DNA of 64,000 nt from Candidatus Methanomethylicaceae archaeon GD_Cm_T35_P0_bin.15 (GCA_038801785.1 JAULTD010000001.1:441568-505567), one strand, 5' to 3'; counted from the stretch's first letter, positions 49,679 through 59,576 are shown. Made by a program: numbers and translations. Notes: generated by a model from the sequence alone, not told the origin.

Positions 49679-51755
49679 TTCCAAGGCGCTCCGCCACATA
49701 CCTTGCGTAATCGTCCGCCGCTGAGAGGTCATCAACGTTGGGCGCCTCGCAGGAGTAGAGGGACTTTTCGGCCAGGTACGTCAGGTTCCTGAAAGCAAGC
49801 GCGGTCCCGTTCAGCTTGGGCTCGGCGGCGCGCAGGAACTCGTTCAGGGTCATGTCCGGGGACATCTGGACCCCGGCGAACGAGCTTACGGACCGGACGG
49901 CAGAGAGGTACGATGCAATTACCTTCTGGCGCCCCTGGCTCAGCCCGGACGCCCTGACGGCGTTAGCCATGCTCACCGCGGGGATGTGCGCCATGATCTG
50001 GCCCATGCCTTCTGGCGCGGAACCGTCGGCCGGAGCCTGGGACACCACGGGACCGGCTGGGGAGCCGGAGTCAGAGCCGGCGCCAGAGCCAGAGTCGTTC
50101 TCCCCGCCCAAGCGCCTGACCCTCCTAAAGAAGAGCAGGCCTGCGAAGGCAAGCACGGCAGTACCTGCAGCAACGACCGGGTTCACTATGAATATGGTTG
50201 CTTTGGCATCGCCGTCGGCGTACCATGGCTCCGCAGGATATACGGAGACGGATACCGTATGGTAGCCCGCGATCCAGAGGGAGGGGGGCAGCTCAAAGCC
50301 CACGGAGAACGAGCCGTTCTCCGCCAGGAGGGTCCTGGAGCCGCCGGTCATATTGACGGTCACGGTCGCGTTGGTCAGGGGTGCGGTGCCGGCATAGGCG
50401 CTCCCCGATATCACCACCGTCGACGGGATGAGGGCGAAGGGAGGGCACGAGAGGGAGACGTTGACGGGCACCCTCTCCACCCTCAGGGTTCTGGAGGCGC
50501 TTCCGCCGGCATAGACGCCGCTGGGGCTCACCTCCGCGTAAAGATAATGGCTGCCCGTGGCCGCCGAGGGATCGATCGTGAAGGTCGTCACGAACGAGCC
50601 GTCGGGGCCGCTTGCAGGGGCGTCCAGGAGCGAGCCGTCCAGGTATATGCGGATAGACCTCCCCTCCTGCGGCATCCCTCCAGAAGTCACCTTCCCCGTT
50701 ACTGTAACGTCTTTCCCGGGATAGGATACGGGCGGCGATACCAGCTCAACGGAGGTATTGTTGAAGAGGAGCGTGAGCACCAGCGGCTCGCTCATGGAGG
50801 AGCGGTACAAGCTGCCGTCGTCTGCCGACGGGATGTAGAGGGCGAAGAGGTATGCCGGGCTCTCGTAGAGGAACGGGATGGCGAGGAGGCAGGTGTAGGA
50901 GCCGTCCGGGCCGGTCACCGCGGATACGGCGCTCTCGCCGTTGAACAGGACCGTTATGCCCTTCCCGCCGAGACCGGTGCCGTTGCAGGTAAGGGAGCCG
51001 GATAGCTGGACAGAGCCTCCAACCCAGACCTCGCTGGCGTTCGAGGTGAGCGTGAGGGAGGTCGGAGACGCGTAGGTCGGGTTGGTTCCATTGATCCCGC
51101 CAGAGCCGTTAGTACCATTAGTCCCGCCAGGCACGGTACCGTTCTGCCCGCTAATCCCGCTCAGCCTCTCGCGGTAAGCCAGGAACAGCCGCAGGTAATA
51201 GTCGATAAGATCTTCAACGCTCTGGACGCTGCCCTCCAGCTCGGCGTAGGCCATCCTCGCAGGGCTGCCTTCCGGCGTCTTGGGCACGCCCAGGCTGTTG
51301 CCGATGGAGACGGTCGTGGACTTTACGTCCTTCAGCTGGATCTTCGCCTTCGCGATGGCGATGGCGGCGTCGTGCAGGGTCTGGTTGGCGCCCTGTGCGT
51401 TGTTCTGGTCCAGCAGGCGCGAGGTCTCGTCCGCCAGCCTCTCGATCTCCTCCACCTCGTCGCTCACCCTGGAAGTCTGCTCGGTATACTGCCCGAAGAG
51501 GGAGCGCACGTTCGAGGGGAGGGAGATCAGGTTGTACCTGGCGAGCAGCTCCCGGATATGGTCGTAATCGCTCTCGGGTATCAGCCTGAAGATGTCCGCA
51601 TAATAGGAGAGGAGCGAGTAGGCGTCCATTATGTTCGGGGCGGTGGACGGCTCCTCGTGGGGGGTAAAGTCGAGCTGGGCCCTGACGGGCGCCTGCAGAC
51701 CGGTCAGCAGCATGAGCATCAGCGGGGCTACCAGGAAGGGGTATCTCGCAGTCAA
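49665..51755 (-). CDS. Large surface protein: signal peptide, helical region, Ig-like repeats, TM, C-terminal DUF4129
   Basis: TGPDGSY/SGPDGSF Ig-like repeats, many N-x-S/T sequons, C-terminal MTLNEF...LTYLAEKSLYS. Confidence 0.78.
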   Translation of the reverse strand: MTARYPFLVAPLMLMLLTGLQAPVRAQLDFTPHEEPSTAPNIMDAYSLLSYYADIFRLIPESDYDHIRELLARYNLISLPSNVRSLFGQYTEQTSRVSDEVEEIERLADETSRLLDQNNAQGANQTLHDAAIAIAKAKIQLKDVKSTTVSIGNSLGVPKTPEGSPARMAYAELEGSVQSVEDLIDYYLRLFLAYRERLSGISGQNGTVPGGTNGTNGSGGINGTNPTYASPTSLTLTSNASEVWVGGSVQLSGSLTCNGTGLGGKGITVLFNGESAVSAVTGPDGSYTCLLAIPFLYESPAYLFALYIPSADDGSLYRSSMSEPLVLTLLFNNTSVELVSPPVSYPGKDVTVTGKVTSGGMPQEGRSIRIYLDGSLLDAPASGPDGSFVTTFTIDPSAATGSHYLYAEVSPSGVYAGGSASRTLRVERVPVNVSLSCPPFALIPSTVVISGSAYAGTAPLTNATVTVNMTGGSRTLLAENGSFSVGFELPPSLWIAGYHTVSVSVYPAEPWYADGDAKATIFIVNPVVAAGTAVLAFAGLLFFRRVRRLGGENDSGSGAGSDSGSPAGPVVSQAPADGSAPEGMGQIMAHIPAVSMANAVRASGLSQGRQKVIASYLSAVRSVSSFAGVQMSPDMTLNEFLRAAEPKLNGTALAFRNLTYLAEKSLYSCEAPNVDDLSAADDYARYVAERLGIGGS

Positions 51756-52018
51756 AGGATCCTGAAGCCGAAGAGGATCTCCGTCACCCTCGAGGCGACT
51801 ATCACCAGGAAGACCGCGAAGAGCGCGTACCCCGTCAGGTCGAGCACCCGGTTGGTCTTCGGCTTGAGCGGGGAGTGGAGCAGGGTCATGATGAAGTACT
51901 CGATTATGTAGAGCGATACGTAGAGGTCCAGGCGCGTCTCGTTGAACAGGGACAGGACGAGGGTAGTGATGGCGTACGCCGCCCCTGTCGAGAGGAGGTA
52001 ACGCTCATTGAGCCTCAA
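51752..52018 (-). CDS. Small 3-TM membrane protein
   Basis: MRLNERYLL...RLDLYVSLYIIEYF; overlaps both neighbours. Confidence 0.75.
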   Translation of the reverse strand: MRLNERYLLSTGAAYAITTLVLSLFNETRLDLYVSLYIIEYFIMTLLHSPLKPKTNRVLDLTGYALFAVFLVIVASRVTEILFGFRIL

Positions 52019-52841
52019 TTGGTGGGATCGCGGCTTCGGCTTGTGTTGGGGGCGCCGACTGTTCTGCAGCCTCGGCTGTGGTTTTTTCGCCTGCACCTGC
52101 GCCTGTGCCAGCCTTCACGCTGAGCCTTACGATGTGCTTGCCGCCGCCGGCCTCCTCTCCGGTGATCGTGACGGGGGAGCCGGTGCACTCGGCAACGACT
52201 GACGCCACCACCGAGGCTATGGGGCTCCCGATGTTCTCGAAGATCTTCATCCGCCTGTGGTCGAGCTTCGGGCCCCTCACCTCCACGTTCACGGCGGGGC
52301 CCTCCTGCACCACGCGGACCCCCTCAGCCAGATCGGTCGAGCCGGTCATCACCGATGATAGTGAGCCTTCGATGTCCGTGCCCTCGAGCCCAAGGTGGGC
52401 GAACCTCCTCACGGCAGCCGTCCCCAGCGTGGTCACTAGGATGCCCATCTCGTCCGGTCTCCTGCCGTAGCGGACGATGAGCCGGTTCGGCAGCGCCCTC
52501 TCGATCCGCGGGCTGTCGCGGGGCGAGACGGCGAGGAACGCGCGAGGGCTGCCGCCTGTGAGCGGCGAGGGCAGGTAGACCGCCTTCGAGCCGATCCCGA
52601 GCTCCTCTATCAGGGCCGCAGTGTTGTCGAGCCCGGCTTCCAGGAGCATGCTGCTGATCTCCGGCGGGACCCTCGGCTGCCCCCTCGCCAGCGCGAAGGA
52701 GATGGCCGCCAGGATAATCGTGGAGATGCCCAGCGCGGTGAAGGGCACGAAGCTCAGTACGAAGTGCGACGTAAGCGCGAGGAATGCCCCCGACACCAGG
52801 AGGCATATCCCCAGGATGTGGAAGGACGAGCGGTGCGCCAT
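52005..52841 (-). CDS. Membrane-anchored protein with AVYLP motif and C-terminal V4R/HNOX-like domain
   Basis: Two N-terminal TMs; KAVYLP; GSPIASVVASVVAE; paralog of 60035-61069. Confidence 0.7.
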   Translation of the reverse strand: MAHRSSFHILGICLLVSGAFLALTSHFVLSFVPFTALGISTIILAAISFALARGQPRVPPEISSMLLEAGLDNTAALIEELGIGSKAVYLPSPLTGGSPRAFLAVSPRDSPRIERALPNRLIVRYGRRPDEMGILVTTLGTAAVRRFAHLGLEGTDIEGSLSSVMTGSTDLAEGVRVVQEGPAVNVEVRGPKLDHRRMKIFENIGSPIASVVASVVAECTGSPVTITGEEAGGGKHIVRLSVKAGTGAGAGEKTTAEAAEQSAPPTQAEAAIPPIEAQ

Positions 52842-53495
52842 TTATGCGGTCCTCCGCCCCATCTTTCCTGCACCTGCGCCTGCAAGCCTGTCAAGGGAGC
52901 CGTCCTTTCCAACGAGCCCCAGGCGGAAGTACCTGTACTTGCGGACGGAGGCTGCGACCGCCATGGCTTCGGTGAAGAGCGCGAGCGAGAACGTGACGGG
53001 CTCCAGGCGGATGCCCCACGGCGTGTAGTTCAGCACCAGCCCGATCAGGGGGACGACCGCCAGGCTCAGCCCCACCGAGAGCGCGAGCCTCTCAAGCCCT
53101 TCCAGATCGCCCGCCTTGGAGTAGAGCGCCTCGACCAGCATCGACCCGGGCAGGAAGAGGATGAAGAACGCCCCCAGCACATACCTCGCGTAGATGAGGG
53201 GCGGCCCGGTGACATACAAAACAAGGGGTACGGTCGCCGCGACGAGGGCGGTGACGCCCCAGAACCAGAGGCTCCTGAAGTTGAGCATGTAGCCGGCGAG
53301 GCTGCCGGGCGGGGACTCGTCCACAAGGTCCAGCTGCCCCCGCTTCCACATGACGTAGACTGCCCTGGCCGCGTCGTTGAACTTTACGCCCCTCTCCCTT
53401 ACGAGAGCGTCTACCAGGTCGGGCAGCCTGGGACTGTGCATCCTCCTGGCGGTATCGGCGATGGCTGGGAACAGCTCTGTATCGTCCTTTGCCAA
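52842..53495 (-). CDS. DUF1616 N-terminal-type membrane protein
   Basis: LFLPG...LERLALSVGLSLAVVPLIGLVLNYTPWGIRL signature. Confidence 0.85.
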   Translation of the reverse strand: MAKDDTELFPAIADTARRMHSPRLPDLVDALVRERGVKFNDAARAVYVMWKRGQLDLVDESPPGSLAGYMLNFRSLWFWGVTALVAATVPLVLYVTGPPLIYARYVLGAFFILFLPGSMLVEALYSKAGDLEGLERLALSVGLSLAVVPLIGLVLNYTPWGIRLEPVTFSLALFTEAMAVAASVRKYRYFRLGLVGKDGSLDRLAGAGAGKMGRRTA

Positions 53496-53498
53496 CGT

Positions 53499-54569
53499 TC
53501 AGCTCGAGCTTATTATCTCGGTTATCCTCTCGCCGCTCTTCCCGTCGCCGAACGGGTTGACCCACGAGCGGTCCCTGTCAAGCATCATCCCGGCGCACTC
53601 CAGAATCTTCTCAGGGCTGGTGCCGGCGAGCATGTTCGCGCCGGCCTCAACGGTCTCCGGCCTCTCCGTGTTGTACCGCAGCGTGACGCACGGCACCTTC
53701 AGGATGCAGGCCTCCTCCTGCACTCCCCCCGAGTCGGTGAATATGAGCCCGGCGCCGCACTCCAGCCTCAGGAACGAGAGGTAGTCGACGGGCTCGGTGA
53801 TCGCTATGTTGCCGGTCTTTACCGTTATGCCGAACTCCCGGAGCCTCTTCCGCGTCCGGGGGTGCATCGGATAGATAATCTTCTTCCCGAACTTCCCGGA
53901 GACGAGGTCCAGCCCCTTCAGTATGCTGGCGAGCCGCTCGGGGTTGTCGACGTTCTCCTGCCGGTGCATCGTCATAAGGAAGTACCCCTCGGGGTCCATC
54001 AGCCCGGCTCCCGCGCCGCTCTCCTCCGCCAGCCTGAGGTTCTGCCGGACGGCATCGACGACCGTGTTCCCGGTCACGAAGACGCCCTTCTCGATCCCTT
54101 CCCTGGCAAGGTTGGCGCGGGCGGTCTCGGTGGGCGCAAACAGCAGGTCGGAGACGTGGTCTGCCGTCACCCGGTTTATCTCCTCAGGCATGGTCCGGTC
54201 GTAGCTCCTCAGCCCCGCCTCGACGTGCCCGAGCCGGATGCCGAGCTTGACCGCCGCGAGGGCCCCGGCCAGGACCGTATTCGTGTCGCCCTGCACCAGC
54301 GCGATGTCCGGCTTCTCCTCCTTCAGGGGCTTCTCCATGCCGATCAGCATCCTGCCGGTCTCCTCCGCGTGGCTCCCCGAGCCGACGTTGAGGTTGTACC
54401 TCGCCCCGGGCAGCCTGAGCTGGGAGAAGAAGACCGCGTCCATGTTGTATGAGTAGTGCTGCCCGGTGTGGAGGATGAAATAGTCCAGACCGGCGCGTTC
54501 GCAGGCCCTGATCACGGGGGACATCTTTATTATCTCGGGCCTGGTCCCGAGGATGATCGCGACCTTCAT
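53499..54569 (-). CDS. wecB: UDP-N-acetylglucosamine 2-epimerase (non-hydrolysing)
   Basis: GTRPEIIK, HTGQH, QGDTN, HVEAGLRS, PEEINR, HRQEN, TDSGGVQEEA. Confidence 0.97.
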   Translation of the reverse strand: MKVAIILGTRPEIIKMSPVIRACERAGLDYFILHTGQHYSYNMDAVFFSQLRLPGARYNLNVGSGSHAEETGRMLIGMEKPLKEEKPDIALVQGDTNTVLAGALAAVKLGIRLGHVEAGLRSYDRTMPEEINRVTADHVSDLLFAPTETARANLAREGIEKGVFVTGNTVVDAVRQNLRLAEESGAGAGLMDPEGYFLMTMHRQENVDNPERLASILKGLDLVSGKFGKKIIYPMHPRTRKRLREFGITVKTGNIAITEPVDYLSFLRLECGAGLIFTDSGGVQEEACILKVPCVTLRYNTERPETVEAGANMLAGTSPEKILECAGMMLDRDRSWVNPFGDGKSGERITEIISSS

Positions 54570-54636
54570 GTTGCCCCGTGGGAGGCATGGCCGGGCATAT
54601 TCTCGCGGGCTGGGCCGGCGGCGGTGGCGCCCATGC

Positions 54637-55131
54637 CTATATGGCGCCTTCCTCGGGGGTCAGGATGTTCACCCTCAGCGCCACGGTCTCGTCGGTGCAG
54701 AGACGCTCGAAGAGCTCGTCATATTCTTTCCTCACGGACTTCGTCTCGAAGTACCGGTTGTATTCGATGACCCGGTCCCGGCACCCGATACCCGAGTCGT
54801 TGAAGAAGTCGCGGGTGATGGGCAGTATCTTGTCAGGGCGGTTGCACGGGATGAGGAAGAACTCCTCGACTATCCGGTCGGTCTCGAGGACCCTGTAGCA
54901 GATGATGACGCCTTTCTTGGCGTAGATGCCGCCGTTGCCGTTACCGCTGCAGTTGCCGTTACCGCTGCAGTTGCCGTTACCGCTGCAGTTGCCGTTACCG
55001 CTGCAGTTGCCGTTACCGCTGCCGTTGACTCTGCCGCTGTTGGCGCTACACCCCAAAGAGTTGCCGTTTCCACTCGGGCAGTTGCTCTCAACCTCGGTCA
55101 TTTCCCTCTCACCTTGCTCCTGTTGCTCCAA
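54637..55131 (-). CDS. Hypothetical protein with N-terminal (SGNGNC)n repeat
   Basis: Host-like codon usage in the C-terminal ~95 aa; operon-like position; start 55131 or 55101. Confidence 0.65.
   Translation of the reverse strand: MEQQEQGEREMTEVESNCPSGNGNSLGCSANSGRVNGSGNGNCSGNGNCSGNGNCSGNGNCSGNGNGGIYAKKGVIICYRVLETDRIVEEFFLIPCNRPDKILPITRDFFNDSGIGCRDRVIEYNRYFETKSVRKEYDELFERLCTDETVALRVNILTPEEGAI
54934..55022. repeat. 18-bp tandem repeat GTTGCCGTTACCGCTGCA x4.9
   Basis: Four perfect units plus 17 bp of a fifth. Confidence 0.95.
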
Positions 55132-55176
55132 TTCCTTGGTTTAATCCAATCCAATCCAGTCCAATCCAGATTCAAT

Positions 55177-55545
55177 TCAGTTCGTTATGACGAATACCCA
55201 CCTGCTCATGCGGGAGAGCATGTCGGTCCCGAGCCAGAAGATGTATTGGTCGCTGTTGATCCACTTCCTCACTGCAGGGAACACCCTCGCTGTCGCGTTC
55301 CTGAGCATACCCAGCGCCCTCTCCATCCCTCTGCGGAATATCTTCTGGCCTATGGTCAGTCCAATTCGCTCAGCTACGCTGCCGATCATCTCGACGAGCC
55401 TCTGGTTCACTATCTGTCCCCGCAGCCTCGCATATGATAGAGCAGCCCTAAAGAGGCCCCGCTGGACAGGAGGGAGCCTGCGCACGGTTCCGTTCCGCGA
55501 TCCCCGTCTCCAGAGTGATAGTATTGCAGCGTAGCTGATAGTCAA
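55177..55545 (-). CDS. Basic hypothetical protein (122 aa)
   Basis: Arg-rich helical ORF with YIFWLG motif; TTTAAA TATA-like element ~40 nt upstream. Confidence 0.7.
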   Translation of the reverse strand: MTISYAAILSLWRRGSRNGTVRRLPPVQRGLFRAALSYARLRGQIVNQRLVEMIGSVAERIGLTIGQKIFRRGMERALGMLRNATARVFPAVRKWINSDQYIFWLGTDMLSRMSRWVFVITN

Positions 55546-55764
55546 CCTGGTGCATCTCGACTTTTTGTTATGGATTGCTCAGAATTTAAAAGCCTTGTGA
55601 AGGGCACTTTTGTTCCACACTAACCTGCATGACTTTCTTTGAACGATCGTTAAACTGTAGAATTTTTGTGTGTATTGCTACGGAGGCAGTAAAAAAGAGC
55701 GTCCGCGCTTCCGGGCAGACGTGGAAAGGGGGGCAGTATTTAATATTGACTGGAGACTATCTGA

Positions 55765-56541
55765 CTACCTCTTGACCACTCTTTTATAGATCCCCAAGAG
55801 TAGCCCGGCGACTGATTCTGGCATATGCTCTCTAGGGAGGCTCTCCAACACAGTTCCATCGTACCGAACTACCTTGCATCCGGATGCCAAAGCTTCAAGT
55901 GCGGCCTTGCTGGTATCATTTATCAGCCTGCCGCCAATTGATTTCACGTCAATGTAGTACTCGTACTCTGAGAAGATCTGAGGGAGGCGGGAGTGGGGTA
56001 TCGGCGATGCAAACCGGTCATGGAGCGTCAGGCTGAGACCAAGTTCTTTTGCGTACTGCCGGGCTAGATCATCAGCCCCGTAGGAGAAAGAGAAGGCGGT
56101 TGCCGGCACATGCTGCCGCCTATCGTAGAAGAGCCAAGTCTCTATCGGGATTGGAAGATAGATCGTACCTTCAGGGGCCCCTTCTAATAGATCCCGCGTG
56201 GAGACGAGGATAGCATCGGCATCGCGGTGATATGCGCGCTTCTCTCCCCACATGCCGCGGATGTCCGACCCGTGGTAGTGAAAAACAACAGGCTTACTAG
56301 GGGCTAGGGATTTAATTGCGCGGCCGATGCCTTCACAGGAATGTATGTGAGTTATATCATAGAAGGGGGCCAGGAGGAGGGATGCGATGCGGAAGAGTGT
56401 TAAAGAGGGAAGACAGAGGGATCCCTGATCATCCCAAGGAGGTTTCTTAGAGGCTAGAACAGTAGATTCGACCGAGCCCTTGAGAATGCGCGAAAAGATC
56501 GAGGCCACCCCTGCGGTATCGCCGACGTGAAGGATCCTTAA
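55765..56541 (-). CDS. Short GT4-like glycosyltransferase; N-terminus begins at TTA (start possibly mutated from TTG)
   Basis: xRILHVGDTAGVA, HYHGSDIR, SKAALEALASGCKV; AAGGAGG upstream of TTA 56541. Confidence 0.75.
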   Translation of the reverse strand, partial: LRILHVGDTAGVASIFSRILKGSVESTVLASKKPPWDDQGSLCLPSLTLFRIASLLLAPFYDITHIHSCEGIGRAIKSLAPSKPVVFHYHGSDIRGMWGEKRAYHRDADAILVSTRDLLEGAPEGTIYLPIPIETWLFYDRRQHVPATAFSFSYGADDLARQYAKELGLSLTLHDRFASPIPHSRLPQIFSEYEYYIDVKSIGGRLINDTSKAALEALASGCKVVRYDGTVLESLPREHMPESVAGLLLGIYKRVVKR

Positions 56542-57131
56542 ACCGAAACCCTCCTTTGGATTATGTGGAGCGCCCTAGGTTCGACTTTGGGTTTACTGCC
56601 AACCGATGTGAGTTCTGGTCCTTCCTCTTCTAGGAGGTGTACACCTCTACTGAAGCATTTGGAACGCTGAAAAAGATCGTCTGAATCGGTCTTAGGGGGG
56701 CGGTTCTCCCAAGCATAAGCCACCTCTGTCCAGCCAGCCAAGTTTTCGAGGATCGCGTTGTAGGCGGTATCGCCGAGGATATGGGAGGGCAGATCGAGGC
56801 AGAGCACTGCTTCGGTCTCGATGCATGTGGGTTTGACGGCGCCTTGGCATATGAGTTCCCCTTCCTTGAGCTTGGCACGGTTGCGCTCGATTATTGTCGG
56901 TGATATGTCGATGCCAACATATCTCCTGCAGGCGGGGGAATCGCTGAAGCGGAAGGTGAGGTCCCCATAATTGACATCCGAGATTTCCTCGGGAGTACGG
57001 TCAAGGATACAGGACCTCTTCCTCAAGCCGATAGTGCCGTGGGAGCCTTGACCGGAGTTGCCGCCTTCACGGTAGCGCTTTTCCCAATAGCTCGTTTTTC
57101 TCCCACCATCAATTTGGGCATACCTCTGCAA
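56538..57131 (-). pseudogene. Degenerate class I methyltransferase (open frame, eroded motifs)
   Basis: YWEKRY..GGNSG.GS and YVGIDIS family motifs; motif I reads SDVNYGD instead of DxGCG. Confidence 0.55.
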
Positions 57132-57438
57132 GCAATCCGATTATAACCATTTTTGTTTCTGGTTTAAGGTGCAATCAGATCAGGATTACAAAAATAATAT
57201 ACTCAACCTCATTTTTCATGCCGTATCCAAAAAGCAATCGCCAAGCTAGGGAGTGTGAAGACTGATGATGGCCTTTACTGTGGGCTTAGGACCTCTAATA
57301 CCTTCCGATCGCTCGATACCAGCGGCAGAATGAGGTCAGTTCAGTTTATGGAAAAGATCACATCTTCGCATCTCCTTTTCTTCAATCAGAAACCTGAATC
57401 GTGCTTAGATCGCAGGCGCAACCTACCCGGCGGACGCT

Positions 57439-59241
57439 TCACTCCTCAGCGCCGCCGCCCGCCAGCCGGGCCTCCACCTCGGGGGCATACATCTTGGGAC
57501 CGTCCCGGATCAGCTTCAGCTCGTACGCCATAACCGGCTTCACCACGGTCTTCAGGAGTCCGGACTTTCCAAGCATCAGGTCGGCGTTCTCCAGATCGAC
57601 GCCCCTCACCGCGCCGACGATGGGCGCCACGGTGAGGAAGATGGCCAGGAAGGACACTGCCCCCACGGCGAGGTTGAGCACATTCCCCAGCTGGACGAAG
57701 AGGTGGACGGCCACCACCGGGGCGGTCGCTATCCCTGAGGCAACGTATATCCTCCAGATCTTCCCCATGTTCAGGCCCAGCCCGTACCTGTTCCCCGCAA
57801 GGTAGAGGCCGTACACGGTATAGGCGAGGCTCGCCAGCAGGTAGATTATGATCGTCCCGGTAACGCCGATGAGCTGGGTCGCCAGCGGGGCGAGGGGGAT
57901 GAAGAGACCTGCGCGGAGCGCGTGCATCCTCAGGGTGAGCCTCGTGGCCCCTATCCCGTTGAACATGCTCTCGAGGACGGAGTAGCCGATCCCGGTGAAG
58001 AGGAAGAGGACGGTGTAGAGCGAGAAGTAGAAGGGCGCGAGGGTGTAGCTCGCCCCGTACAGGATATACACCAGCTCGTCGGAGAATATTATAGCCATGG
58101 TGGAGACGGGGACGAGGATGAGCGAGCCGTACCTGACCGTGAGGTCGAAGAACTTCTGAAGCTCCGAACGTTCCTTTGAAGGGTCTATCCTCGAGAAGGC
58201 GGGCACGAGCGCAAGCGCGATCGCATAGTTGAACATGGTCAGGATCGCGGAGAGGCTGATGGTCGCGTTGTAGTTGCCGATATCGAAGTTGGAGACGAAG
58301 AACGCGAGGAGGAGGAACTGGTACTGGTTGACCAGCATGATCAGGATCTGGCAGAAGTAGAGCGGGAACCCGTAGATGATCATCGGCTTGAGGTCGCAGA
58401 GGCCGTAGTGGAAGCGGGCGCGGAAGCCATAGCCGCCCTTAGGCGGCGGGTCCTGCGCCTCTGCCTGCAGGCTGCCGGGCGGAGACGCCTTGAGGGTCCT
58501 GAGGTACCGATCCACCCAGTAGAGGAGGGTCAGCCCGACGATCGCCCCGGCCAGGTAGCCCAGCACGTGGCCCGCGACCGCGCCTGCGACCCCGAAGCCC
58601 AGCAGTATGAGGAGGGGCGCCGTGACGACTTTGGTTATTGACATGAAGAGGTTGATGAGGACGCTCCTGCCCATCATGTTCAGCCCCATCAGTGCGTAGA
58701 CCCCGGGGGAGGTGATGGACTGGAGGAGGATTGTGATAGAGGCGATGCTGACGAGGAAGCTCATGTCGGGGCGGTTCAGGAGGTAGGTGGCGAAGAACCA
58801 GGAGAAGGTGAAGACTAGGAGGAAGACGAGAACCCCTATGAGGAACCTGAGCCCCATGCCGGCGCGGATGGTCCGGGCGATAAGGCTCTCGCGGCCGTCC
58901 GACCGCAGCTTCGCGGGGAACCTTATGAGCGCCTGGTCCAGGCCGAGCCCCATCAGGTAGTTCATTATGAGGGGTACGGTCAGCGCCAGGGTGTAGAGGC
59001 CGTAGCCGTCGGGGTCGAGGAGCCTGGCGATCAGGATGGAGGCGATGGCGGCGAGGACGTTGGTGGCGGCGTCCCCGATCATGAGGGCGAAGGCCCCCCT
59101 CGCAGAGTCTTCCGCTATGGAGGTAAGCTTCGTGCTGATGCCGTTGATCGCCGGCTTTGCCATGGCCCCTTGCGCCTGCCGACGTTGATCCTCCGGGCTC
59201 TGCTGCCCCGGATCCTCAGGCCGCGGTTTCATAGCAATCAT
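57439..59241 (-). CDS. MOP-superfamily oligosaccharide flippase (Wzx/SpoVB-like)
   Basis: SARG, IARLLDPDGYGLY, GLDQALIRF, LVPAFSR; ATG 59241 overlaps the upstream stop (ATGA). Confidence 0.9.
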   Translation of the reverse strand: MIAMKPRPEDPGQQSPEDQRRQAQGAMAKPAINGISTKLTSIAEDSARGAFALMIGDAATNVLAAIASILIARLLDPDGYGLYTLALTVPLIMNYLMGLGLDQALIRFPAKLRSDGRESLIARTIRAGMGLRFLIGVLVFLLVFTFSWFFATYLLNRPDMSFLVSIASITILLQSITSPGVYALMGLNMMGRSVLINLFMSITKVVTAPLLILLGFGVAGAVAGHVLGYLAGAIVGLTLLYWVDRYLRTLKASPPGSLQAEAQDPPPKGGYGFRARFHYGLCDLKPMIIYGFPLYFCQILIMLVNQYQFLLLAFFVSNFDIGNYNATISLSAILTMFNYAIALALVPAFSRIDPSKERSELQKFFDLTVRYGSLILVPVSTMAIIFSDELVYILYGASYTLAPFYFSLYTVLFLFTGIGYSVLESMFNGIGATRLTLRMHALRAGLFIPLAPLATQLIGVTGTIIIYLLASLAYTVYGLYLAGNRYGLGLNMGKIWRIYVASGIATAPVVAVHLFVQLGNVLNLAVGAVSFLAIFLTVAPIVGAVRGVDLENADLMLGKSGLLKTVVKPVMAYELKLIRDGPKMYAPEVEARLAGGGAEE

Positions 59242-59450
59242 GCGGCCCCGAAAGACGTCACTATGAGGTATGACCTCAGGAGGGCGGCGGCGACGAACAG
59301 GAGGGCAACGGCGATCGCGATCATCCTGAGCCGCCCCCTGTCGATGCAGATGCTGGAGCCGTACTCTGACACTATCTCGTATGTGGCGAGGAGGATCAGC
59401 GCAGTCCATGTGAGCAGGAGGTTCGCGTCGAAGGGGGTAAGGGGGATCAT
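59238..59450 (-). CDS. Small 2-TM membrane protein (70 aa)
   Basis: Two hydrophobic helices; stop overlaps the flippase start. Confidence 0.75.
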   Translation of the reverse strand: MIPLTPFDANLLLTWTALILLATYEIVSEYGSSICIDRGRLRMIAIAVALLFVAAALLRSYLIVTSFGAA

Positions 59451-59576
59451 CCTTGCCTCCTCTCTCCTTTCCCTTTCCCTCTCCCTCTCCCTCTCCCTTC
59501 CCCTCTCCCTTCCCCGTCTTCTTCCTCTTTCTCTTCCCCCTTCCTGTTGGCGTTCATATCGTATCCCGGATCGGGG

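Noticed and set aside
54934..55022. Possible CRISPR array
   Set aside because: Units are contiguous with no spacers and no cas genes are present; it is a coding tandem repeat.
57180..57430. Possible relic of another membrane gene end and ORF 57255-57533
   Set aside because: No match found to any gene in the window and no recognisable motif.
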